Below, one piece after another: positions 13,801 through 27,420 of a DNA stretch of 64,000 bases. Under the pieces are notes generated by a model. It was not told the origin of the DNA. It saw only the letters and a list, made by a program, of their open reading frames with translations, and searched no databases. The first letter of the stretch is position 1; each line of letters begins with the position of its first letter. The position numbers and the translations under genes were made by a program. Source of the DNA: Eledone cirrhosa (taxonomy: Eukaryota); the NCBI GenBank assembly GCA_964016885.1, contig OZ024743.1, positions 70,246,001 through 70,310,000 on the forward strand, read 5' to 3'.

Positions 13801-14282
13801 ACTATTTTAGAATTGATTTCGACAGTGTGGTTATGGCTCAATCCAGTCTAGGTTGTTTCAAATATATGTTGCTTTTCGTGTTAGTTCCATTGGTATTTGA
13901 TAGTTCTTTGTATTTGATAGCACTTTTTAAAGTTAAATTGGAAATATTGAAGCGGAATCGTCTGGGTTGTATCGATTACTGTTCATTTAAAATTGGTTAT
14001 AAACAATGATATGCTCTTAACCTGGAATGTTACCTGGAATCTAATCTGAAAAAGAACGTAACATCCATATAAACAGTTGCTAAAAAATATAATTTTGTAG
14101 GTCACCATTGAGAGGAAAATATACTAATCATGTCCAAATGATCATAGGTCATTTGAAATTGGTTATAACCAATTAGCTGATCGGAAATCGATGTTACAAT
14201 ACAAAGATTACCTTAAATCTGATCTAAAAAAAATTAATTTTTATATGTAAAGTCAGTAATATGATAAATGTCAATTATAGGT

Positions 14283-14760
14283 CTTCTTCTTCTTCTTCTT
14301 CTTCTTCTTCTTCTTCTTCTTCTTCTTCTTCTTCTTCTTCTTCTTCTTCTTCTTCTTCGTCTTCTTCTTCTTCTTCTTCTTCGCCCACTTATTCATGAGT
14401 GGGTGGTGGGGGACGAGATCTCAAACACTACTTCCAGCGGATCCTGTCAGAAGCCACCGTTTCCAACTGATCCGACTGGATCCCCAAGCATGACCAGCCA
14501 ATCTCATGGCTGTTATCCAACCATCTTCCTCATGATCTACCCCTGGGTCTCCTATCAGTTGGTTTTGCCCGTAAAATCTGTCCAGTGATTCTTTCCTGAG
14601 ACATTCTAATCCCATGCCCATAAGACGGGAGCTGTAATCCCTCAATTCGGAGAAGTAGCGATTCTACTTGTTACGACTTTCTGATCTCCGAGCTATGCTC
14701 TCTATAGAGTAAGGTTACACCAGAGATCCTTCGGAGGAACCCAAATTATAGGTCATCGGG
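14283..14760 (-). mobile_element. RTE-like LINE 3' relic with (GAA)n tail
   Basis: Minus strand gives FLRRISGVT and MRLAGHAW (RLRWxGH-like) followed by (AAG)n at 14283-14381. Confidence 0.55.
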
Positions 14761-15920
14761 GAAAAAATATATTAAAGTTTTCCAAAGATTTTAATGAGGA
14801 TCGAATTAAACACGTAAAATTGGAATTAGATACAAAAAGAACAACTTATTAATAACAGCAGTAATAGCAACAATATTATTGTGAGTTAGAAGTGTCCTAA
14901 CAGATTAAATAGAATAAATACTAAAAATACTGAAAACAATTATGTAAAGATCCCTCTAACAAACGAAAGTATATGCAATAATTATACTCATGTTCTCATT
15001 TCTAACTGCAAGATTTCTAATGAAATATTAAGGAAGTTAGACACTAAGCTGCAGTTACGATCCAATATCCTTCGGCCAATAGTAAAAAAAAACGAAAGAT
15101 TGAGGGTTAAGCATGGGAAGAAATTTAGGTACCAATAACAAGCCCGTGTTTGTATAAAACCTCCGTCAGTTACGACAAAGCGTGTTTCGAGTGTTCGAAT
15201 AACGTAACTAGTTATTCGCGAGATTAATATTCAAATGGTTGAGTATTCCGCAGACAGATGCAACTTTAACGTAATTCTCAAGGATACTCAATGTGACACC
15301 GTGTGTGCAAAGACTTGCTTTTATATTACTGGTACAAACGATTTTTGCCAGCTGGATGGTTTGGAGTAACAACGTAACACCTTGAATCAAATTCAGGTGT
15401 GTGAGTTGAACATTCTAACTCCTAATCCAAACGCCTTGACACTAATAATATATTCTAATATAGAAACTTGGCCAGACATTTTGGAAGAGAGGATAAACGA
15501 TTGTATCGGCCCTAGTACTTGACTGATTTTATCGGCCCCCGAAAGAATGAAAAGTAATGTTGATCTCAGCGGAATTTGAGCTCTGAATGTAAAGGACCTA
15601 ATCTGAGTACTGCAAAATATGATGTTCAATGTTCTAACGATTGTGCCAATCCACTGTCCTCATTCTCACTAATCACAGTAGTAGAAACAAGAACATTGCG
15701 AGTGAGAGGTGTCAATTATCTTAAAGTAATCGAAGTAGATATGGTTGTTTAACAAATTCAGAGATATGAAATCAGAAACTCGGTTTTTCTGGTATGTTCT
15801 GTCAGCTGGGAAACCCATCTGCTGAGTGGTTTTTGTCATAAAAATCTTATGTACCTTGGACTTGTTATGTGTTAGTGGGAGGATGTTGATTGAATGACCG
15901 ACAGTAAACTATAACATCCC

Positions 15921-16135
15921 CATGACCACCACCACCGCCATCATCATGACTGCCGCCATTACAAACATATCACCACCACCACCACCGCCATCATCATGAC
16001 TACCACCACTACCAACATATCACCACCGCCACCATCGCCATCATCATGACTACCAGCACTACAAACATATCACCATCACCACTATGACCATCATCACGAC
16101 TACCACCGCTACCAACATATCACCACCATCACCAT
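15921..16135. repeat. 50-bp minisatellite (~4 units)
   Basis: Units begin at 15971, 16021, 16071 and 16121 (cacc..gccatcatcatgactacc..caaacatat). Confidence 0.8.
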
Positions 16136-16960
16136 ATCAACAACAATGTTATCATCACTCATCTATACCAGCCCCAACATCACCAACACCAGCTTCACCA
16201 TACCACCACTACCACCACCACCACCACAACAACAACAACACCAGGTTCTCATCTGTTACCACAACTATAACTACTTTCAAATTCACCCTAACATCATCAC
16301 CATCAACATCACTACCACTACCTCTGCCACTAATACTACTTCTACTATGATACCAACATTTCTTCCTCACTAACACCACCATTAACTCAACTAGCAGAAA
16401 AACCACCCTTCGGGTGGATTTCAGCTGGCATGTGTAGTGTGTATATTGATATTATACGCAAGTATATATACATGTAGATATGATACATCAAATAAAATCG
16501 TAATTGACAGAATACACAGAAATTGAACGAAGACTGCGTTACAATGTCTTATGTAATCATTAACATAATCCATGATACATTAAAAAAAGACGATATTATA
16601 TATAAACTTGCATTAGGAGAAAATTAGTGACGGAAATATATGAATGTTTATTTAAGCGATCGCTAACCGGAAATGTTGACATTTGAAATTTTAAAGATGT
16701 GAATCTTTAAATAAGTAATAAAATATATTTAATGAACAGCCACGAAATTTAGTACATAAATTATGTAATATTCATTCATTATTTATTCAAAGTTATCCAT
16801 CTTATTTTACTAAGGGCATAACAAATTATAAACCGTACGCAGTCCCAGGCTTCTTACTTTATTATAGTTTAGATTATCATCACCAACACCACTAGCATCA
16901 CTATAACAACAACCACACCATTCCCATCAACACCACCAGTCATACCACTACCATCTCCAA

Positions 16961-17014
<54 letters not shown>

Positions 17015-17915
17015 CATCAGCAACATCACCGCTACTACTACTACTACTACTACTACTACAATTTCACCACCATTATCACTACAACAACACCACTACCACC
17101 AAAAACACTACTATCACTACAACACCACTACCACCAATACCACCACTATCACTACAACAACTAACATTACTGCTATCACTCCCTTCAGTAACAATATAAC
17201 CAATCCAAACACAAACAAATAAAAACACAAAAAACTACATACACGCACACAAAAACACACATATAAACATACACAAAACGCACAAACACATACACACACA
17301 CACTATAAAATCACGGAGCCAAGGTAGAGCAAATTTTGTCTGTATGACACGATATTTAATTCATTATAGAGCTGACCTTACGACACGCTGGTATAATTGT
17401 GTTACATATAGTATAGACATTGAATTTGAAAGACAGGAAATGTTGCCTAACACCGAAATATTTGCCATTTGCTGAATTATATATTGACTTCTCTATATTA
17501 ACCTAACATATTTAAACTAAATATATTGGAAAACAGTTTTTTTTCTTTTAATATATTTAATAATTTTATAGTTTACGTTTGGGTATTTACTGCTAGCCTT
17601 GTCTATCCGGTCGACACTTCCTTGGGACTAAGAAATAATCTATATTATAATAAGAGCGTTGTCTGTCCGTCCGTTCCTCACGCTCACTTTATATAGGAAG
17701 GTGGAGAGCTAAGCGAGAAATATGTACATTGAGAGAGAAAGGGAACCGCCGTGTGTTTTCGAGGTGAAAGAAAGAGTAAGATAGACAGAAAGTTATGACC
17801 TCTCCCTCATCTATATAGCGAGAAGGGGAGCGTCAAGCGGGAGAAATGTACATAAATAGAGAGAGAAAAGGAACGTCATTTGTTTAGAGAGAGAAAGAGA
17901 GAGTTAGAGTATGTT

Positions 17916-17948
<33 letters not shown>

Positions 17949-18463
17949 GTGTGTTTGTGTATATATATATATGTGTGTGTGTGTGACAGAAAGAGGGAGA
18001 AGACGACGTCATCCTCATCTAGTTTTAATAATTGTTTCTACATTTGGCACAAGGCCAGCAATTTGAAGGGAAGTAGAAAGTTGATTACATCGACCCCAGT
18101 GCGTTACTGGTACTTCATTTTATCGACCCCGAAAGAAACTAGTTTTAATAATAAAATACAACGATCTATCATCCACACAGTTAGAGGTTTTTTGATATGC
18201 TAGAAATAGCACGCCAATATCTTTTAAATAATATCCAAAATTCTTATCAAAGAAAACATTGAATAACTTCTGAAAAAAGATGTGATAGTCACGGCTGAAA
18301 CGTCGTTGATCTTCACTGGTCTAGAGTTAAATACAAAACCAAAACAACCACTCCAAAATAACAATGGTGTAGACTTTATAAGTTTCTCTTTGTATATATG
18401 TGTATGTGTGTGCGCGCAGATTTATGTTTATATATGTATATATATATATGTGTGTGTGTGTGA

Positions 18464-18582
18464 AGGCGCGTGACTAAGTGGTAAGAGAATTGGATTTGCA
18501 ATCGTGGGGCTGTGAGTTCAATTCCTGGACCGGGCTATGCGTTATGTCCTTGAGCAAGACACTTTATTTCACGTTGCTCCTT
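18464..18582 (+). mobile_element. SINE family S2, truncated
   Basis: Same head and CORE-like segment. Confidence 0.75.
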
Positions 18583-18677
18583 CTACCCAGAGTTCCGACC
18601 GATAGATAGTATTAGCAATTGGAAAGACCAACGGAAACATTGTTTCCTCAGTTCGATTTGACGAAAGTCGATCGACT

Positions 18678-18711
<34 letters not shown>

Positions 18712-18715
<4 letters not shown>

Positions 18716-19206
18716 AACAAATAGTAGAAAGGAAAATTGTTTCACTAGAAAATGTTGAAGAGATTTTTTTCAGTGAGATGTCAAAACATTAATTTATTTA
18801 CAATACCGGTTTCAGCATTATATGCATTGTCAATTGCGGATATGCAGAAGATTGTTAAGTTGCATATTTATACAAATAGTGATAATAATGAAGAAATGAA
18901 GATAAAACAACCAAGTTATAAGCAGAGTAGGATGGACAGAGAAATGAACTCTCTTCTCTGAATGAACATGTATGTGAAAATTAATTTTTCTTCCCCTTTT
19001 TATTTTCATTTTCTTCATTTCTTCATTATTATCACTATTTGTATAAATATGCAACTTAACAATCTTCTGCATATCCGCAATTGACAATGCATATAATGCT
19101 GAAACCGCTATTGTAAATAAATGAATGTTTTTACATCTCACTGAAAAAAATCTCTTCAACATTTTCTACTGAACGAATCTTTTTCCTTTCTACTATTTGT
19201 TTATAT
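18712..19206. repeat. Long inverted repeat (~195-bp arms, ~95-bp spacer), probably PLE-derived
   Basis: 18712-18908 is near-identical to the reverse complement of ~19000-19206 (the same peptide appears on both strands in the ORF track). It is flanked by (TA)n. Confidence 0.8.
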
Positions 19207-19698
19207 ATATATATAAACTCATGTGTTACTTTTCTACATTCGATATATATATATATATATATATGCCTATAAACGTGAGCCTGTATATGTATATATATTT
19301 CTCGTTTTACATGAATATATTGGCTTTATAGGATTGTGTATTTATGATTTCGTTAGGGCTTTTGACGTTTACCTAAATATTTTTTTGATTTACGCACGCA
19401 CACTAACGTGTGTGTATATGTTAGTGCCTGTTTGTGTGTGTGTGTCTGTTTATTTATGAGATTACCTATGGCTGTATGTGTGAATGGATATTGTCCCTGA
19501 TATATTCACAAATACAAAAAGCAAACCTTTTAATATGGCAGCCACGTTGGCGCCGCCATATTTCATGACAACATGACTCCGTGTCCCAAACAGAAAGTCG
19601 TGCCCAAAAAGGTAGCGTACAGGTATTTCACATTTTCTCGCTTTTCACGTTGCTGTGTTTATTCAAATATATAACTGCGTTCATATATAATATCTCCA

Positions 19699-19791
<93 letters not shown>

Positions 19792-19903
19792 CTCTCTCAC
19801 TCTCTCTCCCTCTCTGTGTCTCTCTCACTCTCTCTCCCTCTCTCTCTCTCCATATATATTTATACATAGACACATGAATGTAAATGTGCGAATATATATA
19901 TAT

Positions 19904-20005
<102 letters not shown>

Positions 20006-20239
20006 ACACACTCACACACATAAATATATATATATATTATTTTTAACCTGATTAGTTCTTTCGTTACTTTGGTATTGTATGGTTGGGTTTTGCCTACCGC
20101 AATTTTCTATGTCAAGCTATTTAAACGTATGTTATTACTCTAAGGATCTGCCCTTATCGAGTGCTTTGCTACTCATTCCTTATTGTAGATCGACTTTGCT
20201 TGGCCACAACCAAAGCTTCGATTTTACTAAGCTTCCACT

Positions 20240-20280
<41 letters not shown>

Positions 20281-20309
20281 AGAGAGAAAGAGAGATTAAT
20301 GATTATTAC

Positions 20310-20440
20310 CAGTTAGACTTGCAAAACCAAATCCAGCTATGTACTCGATACTTGGGAAAGTAGAGTGTATTTATAGCTGAAAGGTAGAGCCCGACGGCTG
20401 AGCTCACTCCGTTGAAACGGCGTAAGCTCAGACGTCGGGC
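20310..20440. mobile_element. PLE-type terminus family A, diverged
   Basis: Inverted repeat gcccgacggctgagct..gaaacgg..agctcagacgtcgggc at 20389-20440, with the family tail on the minus strand. Confidence 0.55.
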
Positions 20441-20646
20441 ATTAAATTTATGTGTGCTAGGCTGCTCGGCTCACGAATGAAAGTTCGTGAGATATATTCC
20501 TGGATAGAGCAGCGTGAAATGTTCTTCAGCAAGACTCTATATTTTACGTTGTTTCAGCTGGATAAATAGTTGCACCTGTAATACAAGGGGCGTTGTCAAA
20601 CATTGTATCACCCCGCGTCTCTTGGAGGAATAAATAAAAGATATGA

Positions 20647-21010
20647 AGGCGCATGGCTTAGTGGTTAGATCATTGGGCTTGCAATCGAAAGGTTGTGAAT
20701 TCAATTCTTGGACCGGGTGATGTGTTGTTTCCTTGAGCAAAACACTTTATTTCACGTTGCTCCAGTTTACTCAGCTGTAGAAATGAGATGATAGGACTGG
20801 GGTCCCTATCATTAAATCACCCAAGACACCTCCAATGAGATATAACTTGGAGGAAGCCAGCTAAACCTGCATAAGTGTGAGCTGTCACACACACATGAAA
20901 GATACGCGTGACTATGGAGTGCTCAGACACTTACACAATAAATTAACCAAGAGATATTTCTGTTGATTGAATCAACTAGAACACACCACGTTGAAAACGG
21001 GGGAGGCCAA
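20647..21010 (+). mobile_element. SINE family S2
   Basis: Same head and CORE-like segment. The 3' part is related to 27125-27270 and 15155-15320 (minus strand). Confidence 0.75.
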
Positions 21011-21148
21011 ACTGTAGCCATAAATGTGTGACCTCTCTTCAGGGACTTATGCCAGTTTATAATATACAGTTAAAAGTAAATATGTTTATATATAGTTATA
21101 TATATAACATATTTATATACTATATATATTCATACACATACACACACA

Positions 21149-21262
<114 letters not shown>

Positions 21263-21461
21263 TATATCCAAGAGATGTCCTGTTATTTTTATCTAAAGAC
21301 ATTTTTTGCAATTCCAGCCCACCCGTCCATTCAATCTATCTTATTTCTCATTCTTTCTTCTGATGAAGAACTAGCAACCGAAACGCTATTTCAAGCGTTA
21401 ATCTAATATATTCCTTCCATATATTGTACCGATTGTGTTGTTATTTCTGTTTACCTTTTAC

Positions 21462-21513
<52 letters not shown>

Positions 21514-21595
21514 ATAATAATAAAATTGAAGACTAAAATCCAAAGAGGGCTCGATAAGGAAAATATATATCAAATATATAAAAACCGTAGAGCAA

Positions 21596-21900
21596 ATATT
21601 TATTAAAATAACAGATTAAAGTTTAAGCAAAGAATCGCTGCTTTCACCCTTAACGGGATCTTCTGAAACTAACAAAGTCAATCTGTAAACGCAGAACTGG
21701 ACATTTCAAAAAACGTTGCAACCGGAGGAAGACAGGAAGACGATACTTTCAGGAGTTTTAGGTATGTTTTCCTGCTTGGTACGGGTATGTTCTTTGTAGA
21801 AATATTCAGATGTTGTTTCTGCATGATGAATATAAATCAGTAGAGTGCTCAACTGCAGCGATTCTTTGCTTAAACTTTAATCTGTTATTTTAATAAATAT
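21596..21900. mobile_element. PLE-type terminus family B with short inverted arm
   Basis: 21855-21900 is the reverse complement of 21596-21641. It carries the hammerhead-like motif and is homologous to 3990-4125, 31378-31452 and 32145-32250. Confidence 0.6.
21611..21686 (-). ncRNA. Hammerhead-like motif, PLE terminus family B (CAGAAGA core variant)
   Basis: Minus strand reads acagatt..agttt-CAGAAGA-t-ccc-gttaa-ggg-t-GAAA-gca-gcgattctt-tgc-TT-aaact..aatctgt. All three stems pair. Other copies lie at 4040-4115 (+), 31391-31450 (-) and 32160-32235 (-). Confidence 0.62.
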
Positions 21901-22012
21901 ATATATATATATATATATAAGAAGATCTTAACTGTTCAAGTTTTTCCAGGAAAAACTTGAACCGTTAAGATCTTCTTCCGGGTTATGTCAATATTTATAA
22001 AACAAACTTTGT

Positions 22013-22070
22013 ATTATATCTGATGAGAGCGTACCAAAGTTTTGGTACCATGGAAATATATATGATAGAA
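22013..22070 (+). ncRNA. Degenerate hammerhead-like motif
   Basis: CTGATGA..gtaccaaa-gt-tttggtac..GAAA-tata. There is an 8-bp stem II, but the stem I/III register is imperfect. Confidence 0.35.
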
Positions 22071-22133
22071 TAAATATGGTTTTATAAATATAGGTTCCAT
22101 TTATTTAATATCATTGAATATATATATATATAT

Positions 22134-22310
22134 GAAAATGTCCAAGACCCCGCGACGGCAGGGCTCAAGCGGTTTCGACGGCTATTTCAGAAATAACCGT
22201 CAAAACGACCTGAGCTCTGCCGTCGGGGTCTTGAACATTTTCCTATTACCCACTCTACTACCCAAAGTATTGAGTACACTGGTGCGTTAAGGTCCACCTG
22301 GTTCCGCCAG
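22134..22310. mobile_element. PLE-type terminus family A, inverted duplication
   Basis: Palindrome ~22134-22241 centred on gacggctattt-cag-aaataaccgtc, followed by the tail cccactctactaccc..agtattgagtac..ggtccacctggttcc as in 2795-2875. Confidence 0.65.
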
Positions 22311-22387
22311 GCGCCCGGCTAGGTATACCTGCCCCGCACCACTCCACTGCAAAGATACCACACACCCTTCCGTGTCACATTGTCCTT

Positions 22388-22457
<70 letters not shown>

Positions 22458-22788
22458 CTCTCTCTCTCTCTCTCTTTCTCTCTCCCCCTCTCTCTCTCTC
22501 TATATATATATGTATATATTGTTGGGAGATACGGAAACTAAAACAGTGTTGTCATATAGAGAGTGAAGAGCGACAGAGAAAGTAAAGCAGTTAAATTATA
22601 GAGAGGGGGAATGATCTTACATACATACATACATACATATAAAGTATAGATATATGTGTGTGTTTGTGTATGTGTATGTGTGTTTGTGCATGTGTGTATG
22701 TGCATGTGTGTGTCTGTGTGTTTTGTTTTGATGTTATCCGGCAATTGGTGAAATCAGGTGTGAAAGTATGTGTATTTGTGTGTGTGTG

Positions 22789-22823
<35 letters not shown>

Positions 22824-22883
22824 GTGTTACTTATGCGAGCGACGACAGAAAAAGTGTGTGGGATACATACATTATTATATTTG

Positions 22884-23060
22884 GATTGGCAGTATCGGTA
22901 GAGGGTTGGACGCCATGCTTTCCAACATAGTTAAGTCCCTTTACGATCTGAGTTCAAATCCCGCCGAGGTTGACTTTGCCTTTCATCCTTACGGGGTCGA
23001 TAAAATAAAGTACCAGTAATGCACTGTGTAATTGCTGGCCTTGTGCCTAAAGTAGAAACA
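22884..23060 (+). mobile_element. SINE family S1
   Basis: Full consensus with 13-bp TSD attattatatttg. Confidence 0.88.
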
Positions 23061-23124
23061 ATTATTATATTTGTCAGGGTTGCCTTTTGATGTATGTATT
23101 ACCTGCTGTGATATAGGTAGTGAA

Positions 23125-23570
23125 GACAAAACAGAGAGTAAAGCAGTTAAATTATAGAGAGAGTGAAAGAGGGAGAGAGAGAGACGACGCTCAGCTTCAT
23201 AATATTAGAGAGTGAAGAGCGACAGAGAGAGTAAAGCAGTTAAATTATAGAGAGGGGGAATGATCTATTATAGAGAGAGGGAAGAGCGACGGAGAGAGTA
23301 AAGCTAAGAAACTATAGGGAGGTGTGTAGGATACATACGTGTTGACCAAATTTACATACGACGCTCATCTCTACAGAAAGTAAAAGAGTGTTGTCATATA
23401 GAGAGTATAGAGAAACAGAGAGTAAAGCAGTTAAATTATAGAGAGGGGGAATGATGTATTATAGAGAGAGGGAAGAGAGACGGAGAGAGTAAAGCTAAGA
23501 AACTATAGGGGGGTGTGTAGGATACATACGTGTTGACCAAATTTACATACGACGCTCATCTCTACACTCA
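23125..23570. repeat. Purine-rich compound tandem repeat
   Basis: gagagtaaagcagttaaattatagagag repeats several times (also at 22545-22616), and a ~190-bp block is duplicated. Confidence 0.8.
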
Positions 23571-23895
23571 GCTTTATAATATTATAAATTTATATTTATA
23601 TACAGATAAATAGATCTTACAGATACAGATATTCACATGTATGTTTGTACTGGCGAATATGCATATATGGTGTGTGTGTGTGTGGTGTTCTGTGTGTGTG
23701 TGGAAGTGGAGATTTGTCTATATAGACATAAAAATAACGATGTTACCAAGTATGGTAATGGATTTATCTTATTATGCTATTCCAATGACGTCTATATCAA
23801 TTTCATTTACGCATTAAGCAACACAACTAATTGTATTATACGCACACTTAAATGTGCACACACATGCATAAATATATATTTATATATATACATAC

Positions 23896-24024
<129 letters not shown>

Positions 24025-24052
24025 ATATATTGTTATACAAATTTCAGAAACG

Positions 24053-24087
<35 letters not shown>

Positions 24088-24390
24088 TTAAAACAGAAAA
24101 CGAAGAGTGCAATACGTGCGTGCGCGCGTGTGTGTGTGTGTGTAACCAACTAATGAAATTAATTATCATAATGTATATTTTAAAAGTTTCATACATTTTT
24201 CTGAGCACATCACCTTGTCAGAACGACACCGAAAATCCTGGAATCTTGACGAAATAATTATATATTTAGCCAAAATGCTGAAGGTTGGTCTTAAAGGAAT
24301 ATGTTTCAGCAAAGGAATTGTGCTGAAAAACAAGAACTATATATATAGAATCATTGGAACATCTGACTGATAAAATGACAAGTCAGTCAA

Positions 24391-24745
24391 TCATATTGGT
24401 GGCCTCCCCACAGCCACGGCGGACAGAATGGAGAAGGGGTTTCCGCGGAAGACGCCAAGGGAGACGTGCTGGACAAGCCATTCCAGCTCGCGAGACTCAC
24501 ACCTGCGGCTGGCTAGCTCAGCGCCTATGGTGGTGAGTAGGGAGTTAGCCCTAGGGTAGAGGACATCAGAAGTCTCCACTGCTACCGGTAGCCAGCTCTG
24601 CACCTATGGTGGTGAGTAGCGAGGTAGCCTTAGGGCCAAGTCTCCATTGCCAAGGGTACAACCGCAAACCTGTTGGAGAGCGGCCGGTATTTGAAGAGTT
24701 TGGCCCTGTCAGTCCAACATGCAGCAGAACCTGGGTTAGTCGCAG
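24391..24745 (-). mobile_element. CRE-type element 3' fragment with internal duplication
   Basis: PVAVETS..LLTTIGAEL..RELEWLVQHVSLGVFRGN. The LLTTIGAEL segment is present twice. Confidence 0.8.
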
Positions 24746-25020
24746 ATTGCACCAGATTGCATATCTAACTAGATTGGTCAACTCCTCATTTGAGAGCTAA
24801 CGTAGACACGCCTTCTCTTTTAATCAGATTCTATAGATACATTGGTGTAGTTGGTGGAGTGCCAGAACAATTAATATGTCGGATAGAATGCTTTGCAGCA
24901 TTTATTCCGGTTCACTGGGCATTGAGTTCAAATCCTGCCGAGGCCAAATTTACGCTTCACAGTTTCGAGATCGATAAAAAAATTAACACTTCTGTATAGT
25001 ATTGAGTTGATATTTCCACT

Positions 25021-25289
<269 letters not shown>

Positions 25290-26930
25290 CGATAGTATTA
25301 CTTTCCCGGCCATTACTTGTGACACCTTGGCTACTAGGGTCCAAGAGTGCCACCCTTTGGTACCCCTCCTGTTCGCCCTTGGTATTGACCACATCGCCCG
25401 GAGTATCACGGCCCCTCTCAACGTTTGGTATCTGGATGATGCTACATGGGCGGACCCGTACGGACGGTCTGCCAAGACCTTCAATCGGTGATTCCTGCCC
25501 TGGCGGGAATCGGCCTCCAGGTCAACTCGGCCAAGTCGGAGGTGGTGAACGTCAGCCCCGATGCTGCGAGCTTTGCAGCCTCCGTCTTGGACGTGCGGTC
25601 CATTCTCCGCCAGGTTCAGGTGACCCCCAAAGAGGATGTCCTCATCCTCGGTTCACAGATCCACCCGCTTGCGATCCGCTCCACCATCAGGTCCAAACTT
25701 CATCATGTTCCAGACTCTCCCGAGCCGACTGGGCTTGATTGACGGCCACCCAGCTCTCTTTCTGCTGAGGAACTACTTCGCCATGCCGAAGCTCCTCTAT
25801 ACACTCCGCAGCGCTCCATGCTACACCCAGACATCTCTCCTCGCTAACCTCGATACTTGTATCCGAGCAGCTGTCGAGGGGATATGCAACGTCAAGTTTG
25901 ACGACATAGGGTGGCAACAGGCCACTTTACCGGTCAGGTATGGCGGCCTAGGCCTCCAGTCCCCGATCTCACTAGCTTTGCCGGCGTATCTTTCGTCGGT
26001 AACCTCGTGCCGCGACCTCGTCAGCAGGGTTCTTCAAAACACATCAGGACCCTCTGTGTTCAGAGAACGTGAGGCCGCCTGTGAGACGTGGGACCGGCTG
26101 GGACTTAGCCCAGTAGACGTCCTCCTCCCCCCCCCCCCCCCTGTTGACGTCAAGTCCCCCCAACGCACTTGAAATGTCATCCAGTACAGCCTGGCCTCAG
26201 ACAGGCTCACGCGCCAGCTCGACCACAACCGCCTTGCTTATTTTCGTGCGGCCTCCAAACCTCACAGTGATGCCTGGCTCTATGCGCTGCCCTCCTTCTC
26301 CACTAGCACGCAGTTAGACAACCATAGCCTGGCGAATCGGCGTTTCCCTGAGGCTCGGCCTCCGGATCTGCCAGCCACACCAATGTCACTGCGGTTCCAC
26401 CGTGGACTCTGTCGGCCTCCACCCGCTTTCCTGTCGCCACAATGCCTGCCGCATTCCACGCCATACTGCCCTCAACGAGGTCATTAAGCATGGCTTGGAA
26501 GCTGCAGGCTTCCCTTCTCAGCTCGAGCCGATGGGGCTGGATCGAGATGACGGCAAAAGGCCAGATGGCATGACCATCTTGCCGTTCTGCGATGGCAAAC
26601 CCCTCGTCTGGGATGCCACTTGCACCGACACTTTCTGTAGCCGCAATCTGGTGCAGTCTGCGACTGACCCAAGTTCTGCTGCACGGTCAAATACAGGTCG
26701 CTCTCCGACAGGTTTCGTTCCCCTGGCAGTGGAAACTTCTGGTGTCCTCAACCCCAGGGCTACCTCCTTACTCACTACCATAGGCGCTGAGCTGGCCAGC
26801 CATAGGTGTGAGCCCCGCGAGTTGGAGTTTGTTTTCCAGCGCGTGACCCTTGCCGTCCTCCGGGGAAACGCCTTCTCCATTCTGTCCGCCGAGGCTGTGG
26901 GTGGGCCCCATCGCGTACCAATACATTAGT
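25290..26930 (+). mobile_element. 5'-truncated, frameshifted CRE-type non-LTR retrotransposon (RT + restriction-like endonuclease)
   Basis: RVQECHPLVPLLFALGID..PLNVWYLDD (RT 4-5), IGLQVNSAKSE, ILG, QATLPVRYGGLGL, zinc knuckle CHCG..HPLSC, RH..LN, RPDG..WDATCTDT..FVPLAVET. The sequence is GC-rich relative to its flanks. Confidence 0.88.
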
Positions 26931-27124
26931 TAAATACCATTCTTTCATCTGATACAACACAATAAAGTCTATAACATATGAAACAAAAAACAAAAATAAA
27001 CAATAGTAGTTAAGTGAGTGAATAGCTGCTGTCAGTTACCTACATAGAGGGGGGAGGAGTGATAAAACACATTTACAAAAGAAGTTTTGTATATTTATAT
27101 ATAACCGGAGGGTCAATATATAAC

Positions 27125-27420
27125 TGGAACTCTGTCGGTTACGACGATGTGTGTTCCAGTTGATACGATCAACGGAACAGCCTACTCATGAAATTAAGGT
27201 GCAAGTGACTGAGCGTACCTTTAATGTAGCTCTCAGGGAGATTTAGCGTGCCACAGCATTTGACAAGGCTAGCTCTTTGAATTACATGTAGAACCTATTT
27301 TTCCCAGCTGAGTGGACTGGAGCAACGTGAAATAAGGTGTCTTGCTCAAGGGCCCTGCACTGCCGGGAATCAAACTTACGACCTTACGAGAATGAAACGA
27401 ATACCCTAACCACTGCGCTT
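27125..27420 (-). mobile_element. SINE family S2-related
   Basis: cagctgagtggactggagcaacgtgaaataaggtgtcttgctcaagg CORE-like segment plus tRNA-like head. Confidence 0.72.
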
